Below, in pieces: positions 30,243 through 40,248 of a stretch of 64,000 nucleotides of DNA. How positions within the stretch are numbered: the first letter of the stretch is position 1; every line of letters begins with the position of its first letter. Source of the stretch: an uncultured Lachnospiraceae bacterium (lineage in GTDB: Bacteria; Bacillota; Clostridia; Lachnospirales; Lachnospiraceae); NCBI GenBank assembly GCA_949742505.1, contig CATJPU010000179.1, positions 2,484 to 66,483 on the forward strand. Reading direction: 5' to 3'. The translations under genes were made by a program, and so were the position numbers. The notes under the pieces were generated by a model. It ran no database searches. It was not told where the DNA came from and saw only the letters and a list, made by a program, of their open reading frames with translations.

Positions 30243-30562
30243 AATTTCTCCCTTCCGCTCAACAAATGCGAGCTTTCTTCTCCACAAACCTCGTGAAGAA
30301 ACTTACATTTTTTTGCATAAATATTCACCTTTCCTATTTTAACATGTTTCTTATAAAAAGCAAGTAACTTTTACAATAACAAATTAACTGCTCTGAAAAT
30401 TCATGAAAAATGCGGTGTTCCTCCCTTTTAACACCGCACATTTTTGTAAATATTATAGGGAACGTCAGAAGTTTTTTCTTTATGGCGTTTCCTGCGCCGA
30501 CTTTTGCTGCGTGCAAACGCAGATTCTACCTTACAAAAATCGTGCGCATCCCCCGGAGGGTT

Positions 30563-30598
30563 TATAGTAAACGGCAAATTAATTTGTCGTTTACTATA
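30563..30598. repeat. Near-perfect 36-bp palindrome (collapsed MITE-like ends)
   Basis: TATAGTAAACGGCAAATT/AATTTGTCGTTTACTATA. Confidence 0.65.
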
Positions 30599-30604
30599 CA
30601 TAGG

Positions 30605-31432
30605 TTATCCCATAATCATCTTCACAATTGCCGAAATAATAATCGCCGCGCCCAGCACAATCCGGTAATATCCGAACACTTTAAAATCGTGCTTCTTAAT
30701 ATACCCCATCAGGAACTTAATCGCCACGACGGATACCACGAAAGAAACAGCGCATCCCAGCATCAGCAGTCCAAACTCCTGCCCGGTAAAATGGAATCCA
30801 AACTTTACCAGCTTTAGGAAGCTTGCGCCGAACATAACCGGAATTGCCAGAAAGAACGTAAATTCCGCGGCCGTCTCTCTTGCCACCCCAATCATAAGCG
30901 CGCCGACAATGGTCGCCCCGGACCTGGACGTACCCGGTATCATCGCCAGCATCTGGAATACTCCAATCCACAGGAGCATCTTAACAGACAGCTGGGAAAT
31001 CTTCGTCACTTCCGGCCTAACGCCTTTATTTTTATTCTCGATAATGATAAATAAAATACCGTATACAATCAGCATCACCGCCACCGGAATCGGCTTATAA
31101 AACAGCGCGTCCAGATAGTCGTCAAAGATCAGTCCAATCACTGCCGCCGGAACAGAAGCAATCACTACTTTAATCCACATCTGCCAGGTAAGCATCTTCT
31201 GTCTCTGGTTCTTTCTCGGCGAAAAGGGATTCAGCTTATGAAAATAGAGAACCACAACCGCCATTATCGCGCCAAGCTGGATTACCACGTTGAACATCTC
31301 CATGAATGCGTCGCTAAGCCCGGGTTTCAGCAAATCCCCAACCAGAATCAAATGCCCGGTACTGCTGACCGGGAGCCACTCCGTAATTCCCTCTACGATT
31401 CCGAGAACCACAATTTTAATAAAATCCAACAT
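30605..31432 (-). CDS. uppP: Undecaprenyl-diphosphate phosphatase
   Basis: LGIVEGITEWLPVSSTGH, IPGTSRSGAT. Confidence 0.96.
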   Translation of the reverse strand: MLDFIKIVVLGIVEGITEWLPVSSTGHLILVGDLLKPGLSDAFMEMFNVVIQLGAIMAVVVLYFHKLNPFSPRKNQRQKMLTWQMWIKVVIASVPAAVIGLIFDDYLDALFYKPIPVAVMLIVYGILFIIIENKNKGVRPEVTKISQLSVKMLLWIGVFQMLAMIPGTSRSGATIVGALMIGVARETAAEFTFFLAIPVMFGASFLKLVKFGFHFTGQEFGLLMLGCAVSFVVSVVAIKFLMGYIKKHDFKVFGYYRIVLGAAIIISAIVKMIMG

Positions 31433-31502
31433 ATCTTCCTAATCTCCTTTATTTCCTTCGGCCATTTCAACACGTACTTTTCAATTACCTTTGCCGCTCC
31501 GT

Positions 31503-32339
31503 CTATTTTAATACATACTCTTCAATTGCCTTCGCCGCCCCGTCTTCGTCATTAGACAGAGTCACGCAGTCAGCCGCCTCTTTCACTTCCGCAATCGCAT
31601 TCGCCATAGCGACCCCCAGCCCGGCTTCCCGAACCATTTCAATATCATTCGACCCGTCCCCGCAGGCCATAATTTCTTTTCTGGAAATCCCAAGAAGTTC
31701 TCCTAACTTAACCAGCGCAAGTCCCTTTCTCGCCTCTTTCGCATTGGCTTCCAGGTTATTATACAGAGCGCCGCAAATGGTGATATCCGGCAGCTTTTCT
31801 CCCACCTCGGCAAACGCCGCCCTTTTATCTTCCATGCTGGCAAAAAGCGCCTGTATCTTATCCAGCGGACGCCGCTCCCTGTAACACATCTCAAATACAT
31901 CCTCCACCGGCCTTCTTGTATTACGGATATAATCCACCATCGGCGCCGAAGGCATATACCGTTCTACCATTTCCAAATCCCGCCGGTTCGCATACCCGAT
32001 TCCTTCATAATAAATCTCCAGAAGGGCGTCATATTTTTTCAGTATCTCAAGAAGCCCGGCCCCGTCCTCATAGGGAATCAGCCGTTCGTACAATACCTTT
32101 CCTTCCTGCATATCCAGCACTCTGGCGCCATTCGAGGTCAGTGCATAACGTATCCCCGGAAATTCCATCACTTCTTTTGGAACTCCCGATGCAGGACGCC
32201 CGGTAGCCGGCAGTACAATCACTCCCCGCTCTAACGCTCTGCTAATCACATCCCTGGAATACTCTGTGAATACTTTATTGCTGTCCAGAAGCGTCCCGTC
32301 CAAATCCAGGCCAATCATCCTAATGTTTCGTTTCGTCAT
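31503..32339 (-). CDS. Cof-like HAD-IIB hydrolase
   Basis: LDLDGTLL, ATGRP, GDGSNDIEM. Confidence 0.93.
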   Translation of the reverse strand: MTKRNIRMIGLDLDGTLLDSNKVFTEYSRDVISRALERGVIVLPATGRPASGVPKEVMEFPGIRYALTSNGARVLDMQEGKVLYERLIPYEDGAGLLEILKKYDALLEIYYEGIGYANRRDLEMVERYMPSAPMVDYIRNTRRPVEDVFEMCYRERRPLDKIQALFASMEDKRAAFAEVGEKLPDITICGALYNNLEANAKEARKGLALVKLGELLGISRKEIMACGDGSNDIEMVREAGLGVAMANAIAEVKEAADCVTLSNDEDGAAKAIEEYVLK

Positions 32340-32910
32340 ATGCTAATAATTCCTTTCCATCCTTTGTAAATAAAAATGTCCGGTTACTAATTCTATTCCG
32401 GTCTGACTCATAAACCTGCTCTGCATGATACTTCATCTTTTCCACTGCCGCCTCCTGTGACGCCGGTGCAAAAAGAACCGTATCCTTAGAGGGAACCATA
32501 ATCAGCAGGTCATCCTCCAGCTTCTGTACACATACATCCCAGATATGACGGAAACATAAAGAACTTGCCTCATGGTACCCGTCCGCCAGTATAGCGAATG
32601 CCCCATACATGGTATTGCCAATTACAAACTCCACGTCCCGTACAAGATTCCCGCACGCAGTGTGATATAACGCCTCGATATCACAGTCTGGCGGAAGCAT
32701 GTTGTCTTTTATGATTTCATATGCCTCTTCCCCTCGTTTTATTACAAAGAGAACCATCAAATCCCCGACGAAAGAGATTAACGGCGTATCTTTTTCGGAA
32801 ATCATCCTGCCATTCAGCGCCAGCGGTTCTACCAGCGATTGCGTAATCCATGGGTAAATCTTCTCTTTCACGTTCTCAAATAAATAGTAATCTTCTTCAT
32901 ATTTTCTCAT
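32320..32910 (-). CDS. DUF1444 (YtpQ-like) family protein
   Basis: DGYHEASSL...DLLIMVPSKDTVL...ISNRTF motif pattern. Confidence 0.6.
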   Translation of the reverse strand: MRKYEEDYYLFENVKEKIYPWITQSLVEPLALNGRMISEKDTPLISFVGDLMVLFVIKRGEEAYEIIKDNMLPPDCDIEALYHTACGNLVRDVEFVIGNTMYGAFAILADGYHEASSLCFRHIWDVCVQKLEDDLLIMVPSKDTVLFAPASQEAAVEKMKYHAEQVYESDRNRISNRTFLFTKDGKELLAYDETKH

Positions 32911-32958
32911 CTCTTACTGCTCCCGGAAAAAATTTCTTTATATTTATAATAACAAAGT

Positions 32959-32987
32959 TTGCCAAATAAAGCAATTTGTTGTATAAT
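32959..32987 (+). promoter_or_regulatory. Sigma-A promoter of the 3D-domain gene
   Basis: TTGCCA-17-TATAAT. Confidence 0.7.
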
Positions 32988-33079
32988 GTAAAAAATACTG
33001 GCCAGATTCGTCTGCTTATCTCTTTAAAATGGCGAATCATTTATTATCAATATAATACATAAAGAAAGGACAAGTATTT

Positions 33080-34174
33080 ATGAGTAATAGAGCAAAACGC
33101 TTAGCAAGGGCAGGAATCATCATGATTTGTATCGCTGCTGTTGGACATGCTAATATGTCTGTTCACGCAGAGCCCTCCTCATCCGAATTGCAGAAGAAGA
33201 CTTCCAATCTACAGAGTGAATTAAACGGCTTAAACGGTCAGCTTAACAACCTAATCACCCAGATGGACGCTATGTCACAAGAAGCTGAAGAACTTGCAGG
33301 CGCCATGACCGAGACCCAGAACCGTCTGAACGAAGCGCAGGCCGCCGGAGAAGAACAATACGAAGCCATGAAGCTCCGCATCAAGTATATCTACGAAGCA
33401 GGCGACACTTCATTTATTGAACTGTTATGTTCCGCCGAGAGTATGACTGACTTTCTGAACAAGACAGATTTTGTCAAAACTGTGAACGAATACGACCGTA
33501 ACATGTTGAACGAACTGTTGGATACTCAGGATAAGATTGCTGAAGAAGGCAAGAAATTAGAATCCCAGCATCAGGATTTGATTGCCAAACAAGAAGAGCT
33601 CTCCAGCAAGCGTACGGAAGTAGAGTCCATGATTGCTTCTACGTCCAGCGAGTTGTCGAATTACAGCGCGCAGCTTGAACGGGCCAGACAGGCCGAGCTT
33701 TTAGCTTCCAGACAGGCTGCAGAACAACAGGCGGCTGCAGAACGGGCAGCTAACCAGCAGGCTAATAACGGACAGCCTGCCGATAACCAATCGTCTGCCG
33801 GCGACGCGTCTAACAGCGAACAGCCTGCCGATACCAAGCCTGTACAACAGCCTGTTTACACTCCTGGAAGCTCTGATGGCAAACAAAGCCTTGGCTCTTT
33901 CCGGATTACCCATTATTGCAACTGTTATCTTTGCTGCGGAAGCTGGGCCGGAGGTCCCACTGCTTCTGGGACGATTCCGACTCCCGGAAGAACGATCGCC
34001 GTAGATCCGAGCGTAATTCCTCTTGGAACGCGTGTAATTATCAACGGACAGATTTATGTTGCAGAAGACACAGGAAGCGCTATCAAAGGCAATAAGATTG
34101 ACGTTTACGTGGCAAGTCATGAGCTGACCACACAATATGGCGTATATTATGCCGACGTATATTTAGCTGATTAA
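33080..34174 (+). CDS. Secreted PcsB/CwlO-like coiled-coil protein with C-terminal 3D domain
   Basis: Signal peptide, coiled coil, TASG...IAVDPSVIPLGT...AEDTGSAIKGNKIDVY. Confidence 0.9.
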   Translation: MSNRAKRLARAGIIMICIAAVGHANMSVHAEPSSSELQKKTSNLQSELNGLNGQLNNLITQMDAMSQEAEELAGAMTETQNRLNEAQAAGEEQYEAMKLRIKYIYEAGDTSFIELLCSAESMTDFLNKTDFVKTVNEYDRNMLNELLDTQDKIAEEGKKLESQHQDLIAKQEELSSKRTEVESMIASTSSELSNYSAQLERARQAELLASRQAAEQQAAAERAANQQANNGQPADNQSSAGDASNSEQPADTKPVQQPVYTPGSSDGKQSLGSFRITHYCNCYLCCGSWAGGPTASGTIPTPGRTIAVDPSVIPLGTRVIINGQIYVAEDTGSAIKGNKIDVYVASHELTTQYGVYYADVYLAD

Positions 34175-34175
34175 T

Positions 34176-34205
34176 AAAACAGGACTCGGATGAGTCCTGT
34201 TTTTA
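34176..34205. terminator. Bidirectional intrinsic terminator
   Basis: AAAACAGGACTC-GGAT-GAGTCCTGTTTT between convergent genes. Confidence 0.85.
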
Positions 34206-35063
34206 TTAGATAATATTCCGGATTCCCTCACAGATTCTTCCGGCAACTACCGGATTATTCATCGTATACAAATGGATTCCGGATATATCGCTTGTCAGTA
34301 AATCAATAATCTGGCTTAATGCATAAGACATACCCGCATCGAAGAGCGCTTCCTTCCGGTTCTCATATTTACATATAATTTTCTCAAATCTCTCTGGAAA
34401 AGACGCTCCGCACATCGTTATCATCCTCTTAATCTGCGCGGCATTAATCACTGGCATAATCCCCGGAATCACCGGGACGTCAATTCCCGCTATCCGGCAG
34501 TCCTCCGCCATCCGGTAGAAATACTGGTTATCAAAGAACAACTGTGAAATCAATACCTCCGCGCCTGCGTCTGTCTTCTGTTTTAAATGCCTCATCTCAC
34601 TGATTCTGCTCTCCGACTCAGGATGGCATTCGGGATAACAGGCGCCCAAGATGCAGAAATCCCCGTTCTCTCTCAAATAAGCAATCAAATCGGATGCATG
34701 ATGAAAATCATCCTTTTCCAAAACCTCTGGATTTCTGTCGCCACGCAGAGCAAGTATATTATCAATTCCTTCGCTTTTTAGTATCCGGGTGAACTCGTCA
34801 ATTTCTCCCTTCGAGTAACTAAGACAAGTCAGATGTACCACCGGCTCCACATGATACTTCTGCTTAATCTTTCTCGCCACCTCAATCGTCCGGTTACAAT
34901 TAGCGCTCCCGCCGGCTCCGAACGTAACGCTGATAAAATCCGGCTTCAATTCACAGAGAATCTCCAGCGTTGCGTCAATATTTTTCAATTCGCTGTCCTT
35001 TTTCGGCGGAAAAATCTCAAAAGACAGCGTTGTTTTACGATTATATAACTCTGCAATTTTCAT
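34206..35063 (-). CDS. metF: Methylenetetrahydrofolate reductase
   Basis: SFEIFPPK, ISVTFGAGG, HLTC, LALRGD, YPECHPE, SQLFFDN, HLYTMN. Confidence 0.95.
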   Translation of the reverse strand: MKIAELYNRKTTLSFEIFPPKKDSELKNIDATLEILCELKPDFISVTFGAGGSANCNRTIEVARKIKQKYHVEPVVHLTCLSYSKGEIDEFTRILKSEGIDNILALRGDRNPEVLEKDDFHHASDLIAYLRENGDFCILGACYPECHPESESRISEMRHLKQKTDAGAEVLISQLFFDNQYFYRMAEDCRIAGIDVPVIPGIMPVINAAQIKRMITMCGASFPERFEKIICKYENRKEALFDAGMSYALSQIIDLLTSDISGIHLYTMNNPVVAGRICEGIRNII

Positions 35064-35215
35064 AATCTTCTTTCCCCTCTTATCTTTCAAATGTTATTGC
35101 CCATCGTACTATGCCGGTTTCCATCGACGATACCACCTTAGAGCATGTAAGAAATACGGCAAAAACGCTATGCAATGGGCGAGTCATTGCATAGCGCAGT
35201 CGTATTCTTTTATTC

Positions 35216-35244
35216 AGTATAACATTCTCAGATTAACCGGTCAA
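35216..35244 (-). promoter_or_regulatory. metF promoter followed by a terminator-like leader hairpin (35161-35196)
   Basis: TTGACC-17-TATACT with TG; CGCTATGCAATG-N7-CATTGCATAGCG-TTTTT. Confidence 0.7.
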
Positions 35245-35303
35245 TTCGGAAATCCTCTCTCGCCCTGTGTAGACATTACTTTGTTACTGTTCTTTTTTAC
35301 GGC

Positions 35304-35389
35304 TTAGAGCGTGTTTGAAAATTCATTCCTAAAATCTGATGCAAATTGGGACGGCATCTTGCAGTAAGTAATTTTCAGACACGCTTTAG
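35304..35389. mobile_element. Internally deleted MITE-like remnant with 20-bp inverted ends
   Basis: TTAGAGCGTGTTTGAAAATT ... AATTTTCAGACACGCTTTAG. Confidence 0.7.
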
Positions 35390-35621
35390 TATACAGGACT
35401 GTTAATTATTTGTCAATCAAAGACTGTACATTTTATCAAGTTTGTTATTTTATTCACATTCTTTGAATTTTCCTATTCTTTTTTATCTATATTATACAAA
35501 ATCCATTCTTCCGAATCGTAAATTAGAAAGCAATAGTTTTTGTTTATTTTTACTATAATTTAATTAATTTATTTAGAAATATATGGTAAAATAGCAAAAA
35601 AACAAACGAGGAGGTTATAGA

Positions 35622-38600
35622 ATGTTTGAAAAGTTATTTAGCCCTGTGAAAATCAGAGATATGAATTTAAAAAACAGGGTAATTCTTCCGTCTATGGGTA
35701 CCAAGTTTGTAGGTAAAGCAAGCTATGTGACCCCGCAGCTGATTGACTATCATATTGCGCGCGTAAAAGGTGGATGCGGTTTAAATATGGTTGAAGTATG
35801 CAGCGTCCATACTCCCAGCGCGCCAAGGGGGTTCCTGTCTATCAGTGAGGACGAGTACATACCAGGCCTTAAACAGTTGACAGACGCTATCCATGCCGAA
35901 GGTGGAAAAGCAGGCATTCAACTATGGCAGGGAAGTCTTGCAGTTATATCAGATCAAACCGCCCAGATGCTTGTACCCAGCGAAATGGCTTTATCACCGG
36001 AATTGCAGCTTCCTGGAATTACAACAGAACAGATTGAAGAGATTATACAGTGCTATGGAAAAGCCGCTAAAAGAGCCGTAGCAGCCGGATTTGACTGCAT
36101 TGAATTTCACTGCGCCCATACGTATCTGCCTCACTCTTTTCTGTCTTCCGGTTTCAACCACCGAACAGATGAATACGGAGGTTCTTTGGAAAACCGCGCA
36201 AGATTTCCGCTGCAGTGCATTCGGAGTATCCGGGAACAAATGCCGGAAGGAATGCCCCTTCTGATGAGAATTGATGCACAGGATGACTATATTCAAAAGG
36301 GAATGACGGTTGAAGATACGATTGCATTTTGTAAACTTGCAAAGGATGCAGGCGTAGATGTGCTGGATATTTCAAGAGGAAATGTTCTAACTGCCGGACT
36401 GAAATATGAAGTCCCTGCGATTGATATTCCCAACGCATTTAATATTGAAAACGCAGCAAGAATCCGAAAAGAGACCGGTATGCTGACTATCGGCGTTGGA
36501 CGGATTAATACGGCAGAACTTGCAGAACAGATTCTTGAAGAAGATAAAGTAGATCTGGTTGTAATGGGCCGGGCGCAGCTTGCAGACCCGGATTTCTGCA
36601 GGAAGGCGAAGGCCGGAAACACCGAAGATATCGATTACTGCATCGGCTGTAATCAGGGATGTTATGACGGATTCGAGAATCCAGATTCTCCTCATATTAC
36701 CTGTCTTAGAAATCCAGCTGTAGGACGCGAAAAAGAGTGCGCGCTTATCCCAGCGGATGAACCAAAGACTGTACTGATAGCAGGCGGCGGTATTGCAGGT
36801 CTTATGGCGGCAATTACACTGAAAAAGAGAAATCACAACCCTATTCTATGCGAGTCCTCAGACACACTCGGCGGACAATTCCTTCTGGCGGGAGAAACTC
36901 CGAGAAAAGCGGAGATGGGAAAGGCTGTCATTTCCATGGGAGAAAAAGCCAAACGACTTGGCGTGGATATCCGCATGAACACGACAGTTACTCCGGAACT
37001 GATTGCCGAATTGCATCCGCATACAGTAATAAATGCAACTGGCTCAAAACCAGCAGTTCTACCAGTTCCCGGGAATGACGGCCATTTCGTTGTACATTCC
37101 CATAACATACTGAATGGAACCGCCAATGTAACAGGTAAAGTCGTCGTTATCGGCGGCGGTATGGACGGTATGGGAACCGCAGAATATCTGGCGGCAAAAG
37201 GAGCTAAAGTAACCGTTCTGGAAGAACAGGAAGATATCTGCACCGACATGGGCAGCATCAGAAAAATCTGTACAAAAGAAAGCATCCATGCAGCAGGCAT
37301 CAGGCCAATTACCGGAGTAAAGGTAACAGAAATCAAAGAGCACACAGTAATCGGACAAAAAGAAGGCAAAACAGTAACATACCCCTGCGATTATGTTGTC
37401 ATGACCGGCGCGGTAAAACGGGATGGAACCGCCTTGCAGAAGGCATGCTATGAGCAGCATATCGGATATTATGAAATCGGTGACGCAGGAATGGCGCGCC
37501 GCGCCATCCATGCTACCAGAGAGGCCTTTGACATCGCACTGACCTTTGACCGCCCCGGTGAACATGAATATGCATCCAGGCCAAAGAAGATTGTATTCGC
37601 CACCGGCGTTACCGGCACCATGGGACAGGAGACAATGAAACAGCTTCTCTCCAGAAATAACAGGTTCCAGGTACGCGTACTGGCGAGACCTTCTGAGAAG
37701 AATATCGCGCTCATGCAAAAATATATCTGTCCGTCACTGGAAATCATCTGGGGCGACATGGCGGATTATGCTGCGATAAAACGAGGCGTTGACGGCGCGG
37801 ATTATGTGCTTCATATCGGAGCGATGGTTTCTCCGTCTGCAGACCAGTATCCAGAGCAAACCTTGTACACGAACATAGGCTCCACGCTTAATATTATTAA
37901 GGCTATTAAAGAGCAGCCAGATCCGGATAAGGTACATTTCGCATACGTCGGCACCGTCGCGATGACCGGAGGCCGGACAGAGCCGATTCACTGGGGAAGA
38001 GTGGGAGATCCGATTAATCCTTCCATTTTCGATTATTATGCGCTGTCAAAGGTATTTTCCGAACTGGCAGTATTCGAGTCCGGGTTAAAACACTGGGTAT
38101 CCATCCGTCAGACCGGACAGCATCCGGTAGCTGAGGGCGCCGGCGAACAGCCGATTATTTTCCATCAGTCGCCAAACAACGTGCTGGAATGGAGTACTTC
38201 GATAGAATCTGGTATCTGCATGGCGAATATCTGCGAAGACTGGGTTCCAGAATCCTTCTGGAGAAGAGGATATAACCTAAGCAGCGGCGCGGGATACCGG
38301 CTGGCCCACTGGGAACTGATGAATATCAGCCTGGGCGCTTTCGGACTGGGACTAAAAGACCTATTTGATTTGAACATGATGGCTCCATATAATTTCCATG
38401 GACATTACTTTAGTGACAGTGACAAATTAGATGAGATTCTCCACTTCCGCTGTATCCCGGCAGAACACTACTGGGGCGGCGTTCAGGAAGAGATGCGCAG
38501 AATGGCAGCTAATCCGATGATTCGCGCCATGTTCCCAACCGGCGAAGAGATGAAGGCTCAGAATATGGAGATTGGCCATCTGCGGATGGGCTCCTACTGG

Positions 38601-39086
38601 ATGTTTGAGAACAATGAGGAAAACTGGATTAAAGCATTCTTCGGCTCCAGAGAAAAACAAAAGGCCATCAAAACCTGGGCAGAATACGATCTGCATCATC
38701 CAAGCGAAGAGATTACATATCTGGACCATGGTTATGACGAATCAAAGGCTCTGGAAGACCTGACTCTGGAAGATTTACAAAAGGCGGCAAAATTCCGCGG
38801 AGGAAAATGTCTGGCAGAAGCAATACCGGATATCTATACTCCGGTCAAATGGCGCTGCGCAGACGGTCATGAATTTATGATGTCGGTGAACGCCGTACTC
38901 CATGGCGGACACTGGTGTCCAAAATGCCTGTCTCACGAGTGGCAATACGGACAGATAGCAAAGAAGAATTTCTTCTACGCCCAGGTATGGGAGCCAATCC
39001 ATGGCAAAGAGGACGACTATGTGATTCCGATGGAATACAGCGGGTATGACGTAGCGAAAGAATTGCGGGAGAAATTAGGTTTGTAG
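35622..39086 (+). CDS. Fusion: BaiCD-like Fe-S flavoenzyme (putative delta4-3-ketosteroid 5beta-reductase) + extended SDR/epimerase (putative 3beta-HSDH/isomerase) + C-terminal Zn ribbon
   Basis: OYE barrel EFHCAHTYL, CIGCNQGC Fe-S, GGGIAG; from ~37590 ATGVTGTMG and YALSK; WRCADGHEF...WCPKC. Confidence 0.8.
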   Translation: MFEKLFSPVKIRDMNLKNRVILPSMGTKFVGKASYVTPQLIDYHIARVKGGCGLNMVEVCSVHTPSAPRGFLSISEDEYIPGLKQLTDAIHAEGGKAGIQLWQGSLAVISDQTAQMLVPSEMALSPELQLPGITTEQIEEIIQCYGKAAKRAVAAGFDCIEFHCAHTYLPHSFLSSGFNHRTDEYGGSLENRARFPLQCIRSIREQMPEGMPLLMRIDAQDDYIQKGMTVEDTIAFCKLAKDAGVDVLDISRGNVLTAGLKYEVPAIDIPNAFNIENAARIRKETGMLTIGVGRINTAELAEQILEEDKVDLVVMGRAQLADPDFCRKAKAGNTEDIDYCIGCNQGCYDGFENPDSPHITCLRNPAVGREKECALIPADEPKTVLIAGGGIAGLMAAITLKKRNHNPILCESSDTLGGQFLLAGETPRKAEMGKAVISMGEKAKRLGVDIRMNTTVTPELIAELHPHTVINATGSKPAVLPVPGNDGHFVVHSHNILNGTANVTGKVVVIGGGMDGMGTAEYLAAKGAKVTVLEEQEDICTDMGSIRKICTKESIHAAGIRPITGVKVTEIKEHTVIGQKEGKTVTYPCDYVVMTGAVKRDGTALQKACYEQHIGYYEIGDAGMARRAIHATREAFDIALTFDRPGEHEYASRPKKIVFATGVTGTMGQETMKQLLSRNNRFQVRVLARPSEKNIALMQKYICPSLEIIWGDMADYAAIKRGVDGADYVLHIGAMVSPSADQYPEQTLYTNIGSTLNIIKAIKEQPDPDKVHFAYVGTVAMTGGRTEPIHWGRVGDPINPSIFDYYALSKVFSELAVFESGLKHWVSIRQTGQHPVAEGAGEQPIIFHQSPNNVLEWSTSIESGICMANICEDWVPESFWRRGYNLSSGAGYRLAHWELMNISLGAFGLGLKDLFDLNMMAPYNFHGHYFSDSDKLDEILHFRCIPAEHYWGGVQEEMRRMAANPMIRAMFPTGEEMKAQNMEIGHLRMGSYWMFENNEENWIKAFFGSREKQKAIKTWAEYDLHHPSEEITYLDHGYDESKALEDLTLEDLQKAAKFRGGKCLAEAIPDIYTPVKWRCADGHEFMMSVNAVLHGGHWCPKCLSHEWQYGQIAKKNFFYAQVWEPIHGKEDDYVIPMEYSGYDVAKELREKLGL

Positions 39087-39110
39087 ACCTTTAATTTCCA
39101 AACTGAAATA

Positions 39111-39158
39111 TAACCGGGCTGCTGTTCACAGAAAACTCTGTAAACAACAGCCCGGTTA
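39111..39158. terminator. Terminator-like hairpin between convergent genes
   Basis: TAACCGGGCTGCTGTTCACAGA...TCTGTAAACAACAGCCCGGTTA. Confidence 0.75.
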
Positions 39159-39165
39159 ATAAACC

Positions 39166-40242
39166 TCATCTCTGCCCTTCTGTCCCGTCAGGCATATACT
39201 GCTCCGGCTCTCCGTAATAATCCAAAAGCATCGCCGCAAACCGGTCATAGACTCCATGTTTTGCCGGAGCCTGTACGATATTCATCCCCGGACTATGATT
39301 CCCCTCTATCAGCTCAAGCCGTCCGTCTGACAAAATCGCCACATCCCACCCCACTACTTTCAGACAGGGCAGCTCCAAGGACGCCTCCCTGCATAATTCT
39401 ATGATTTCCTGCCAGTGAGGTATCTGGGTTCCCTTAAACTTTATCCCGGTCATAGGATGCGTAATATAAGTATTGGAATACTCATCCAGACCGTCTGTAA
39501 TGATTTTGCCGTTCGCCGGGTCAACCTCACAGAATATCCCGCCTCCATGGGCATTGTCTACATGAAGTCCGTTATTCCCCACACGCAGCCCGCCTCCAAA
39601 TACTTCAAAGCGTTCTCCGCATCGGAAGGTAATCACTCTCAGCGTATTCAGCGACGATGGATGAAAAGCAGCCAACTCCTCACAGGATTCTACAAATTCT
39701 TCAGCAAGATATTTGCCCGAACATAAATGCTCAAAATACTCTTCGGGATTCTCCTTTTCCTCAAATTCCTCCTCCGTCAGCCGGTGAAAACCAATTCCCC
39801 AACTGGAGTACTGGGGCTTCAGCGCAATCGTATGATACTCATGTAAAAAATCACAAAATTCCTCATAACCCGCTTCCGGCACATAGAGCCACCCTCTGTG
39901 AATAAAACGGGTAAAATTCTTTAAAAACGTGGCTTTGCTTTTCAGATAAGGCTCCGAATCGTTGTTATACGGCCTCATCAGCCGCGTTGCTTCTATGTCG
40001 GTAAGATATTTTTTCTGTTCTTCCGTACTTAGATTATAAAAACCAAAAATCATATATTCAGACTGAGAAACTCTCTTCTCTGGATTGTTTCTGCGGACTT
40101 TCAGATAATCATGGAATAGCTTCCCCTTGTTAAATCCTGCGGGAAGCTGATGGACTCCCTGGATATAAGTCATAAATTTCTTTCTCAATATCGGATAAGC
40201 CCTTATATTCTTCACAAGATAATTTTCAGTTAAAATACTCAT
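39166..40242 (-). CDS. Sugar-transfer-associated ATP-grasp ligase (paralog 4)
   Basis: LKPQYSSWGIG, SLNTLRV, VDNAHGGG, HPMTG, VGWDVA, LIEGNHSPG. Confidence 0.88.
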   Translation of the reverse strand: MSILTENYLVKNIRAYPILRKKFMTYIQGVHQLPAGFNKGKLFHDYLKVRRNNPEKRVSQSEYMIFGFYNLSTEEQKKYLTDIEATRLMRPYNNDSEPYLKSKATFLKNFTRFIHRGWLYVPEAGYEEFCDFLHEYHTIALKPQYSSWGIGFHRLTEEEFEEKENPEEYFEHLCSGKYLAEEFVESCEELAAFHPSSLNTLRVITFRCGERFEVFGGGLRVGNNGLHVDNAHGGGIFCEVDPANGKIITDGLDEYSNTYITHPMTGIKFKGTQIPHWQEIIELCREASLELPCLKVVGWDVAILSDGRLELIEGNHSPGMNIVQAPAKHGVYDRFAAMLLDYYGEPEQYMPDGTEGQR

Positions 40243-40248
40243 CTTCTC

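Noticed and set aside
33720-33860. Short repeats (CAGCCTGCCGATA twice) in the 3D-domain gene
   Set aside because: They encode an ordinary low-complexity linker (QPAD); not CRISPR or a VNTR
35117-35140. T-box-like AAGGTGGTATCG and SAM-I-like GATGGAAACCGGCA in the metF leader
   Set aside because: No stem I/specifier loop and no SAM-I P1/P2 elements; kept only as an unknown leader
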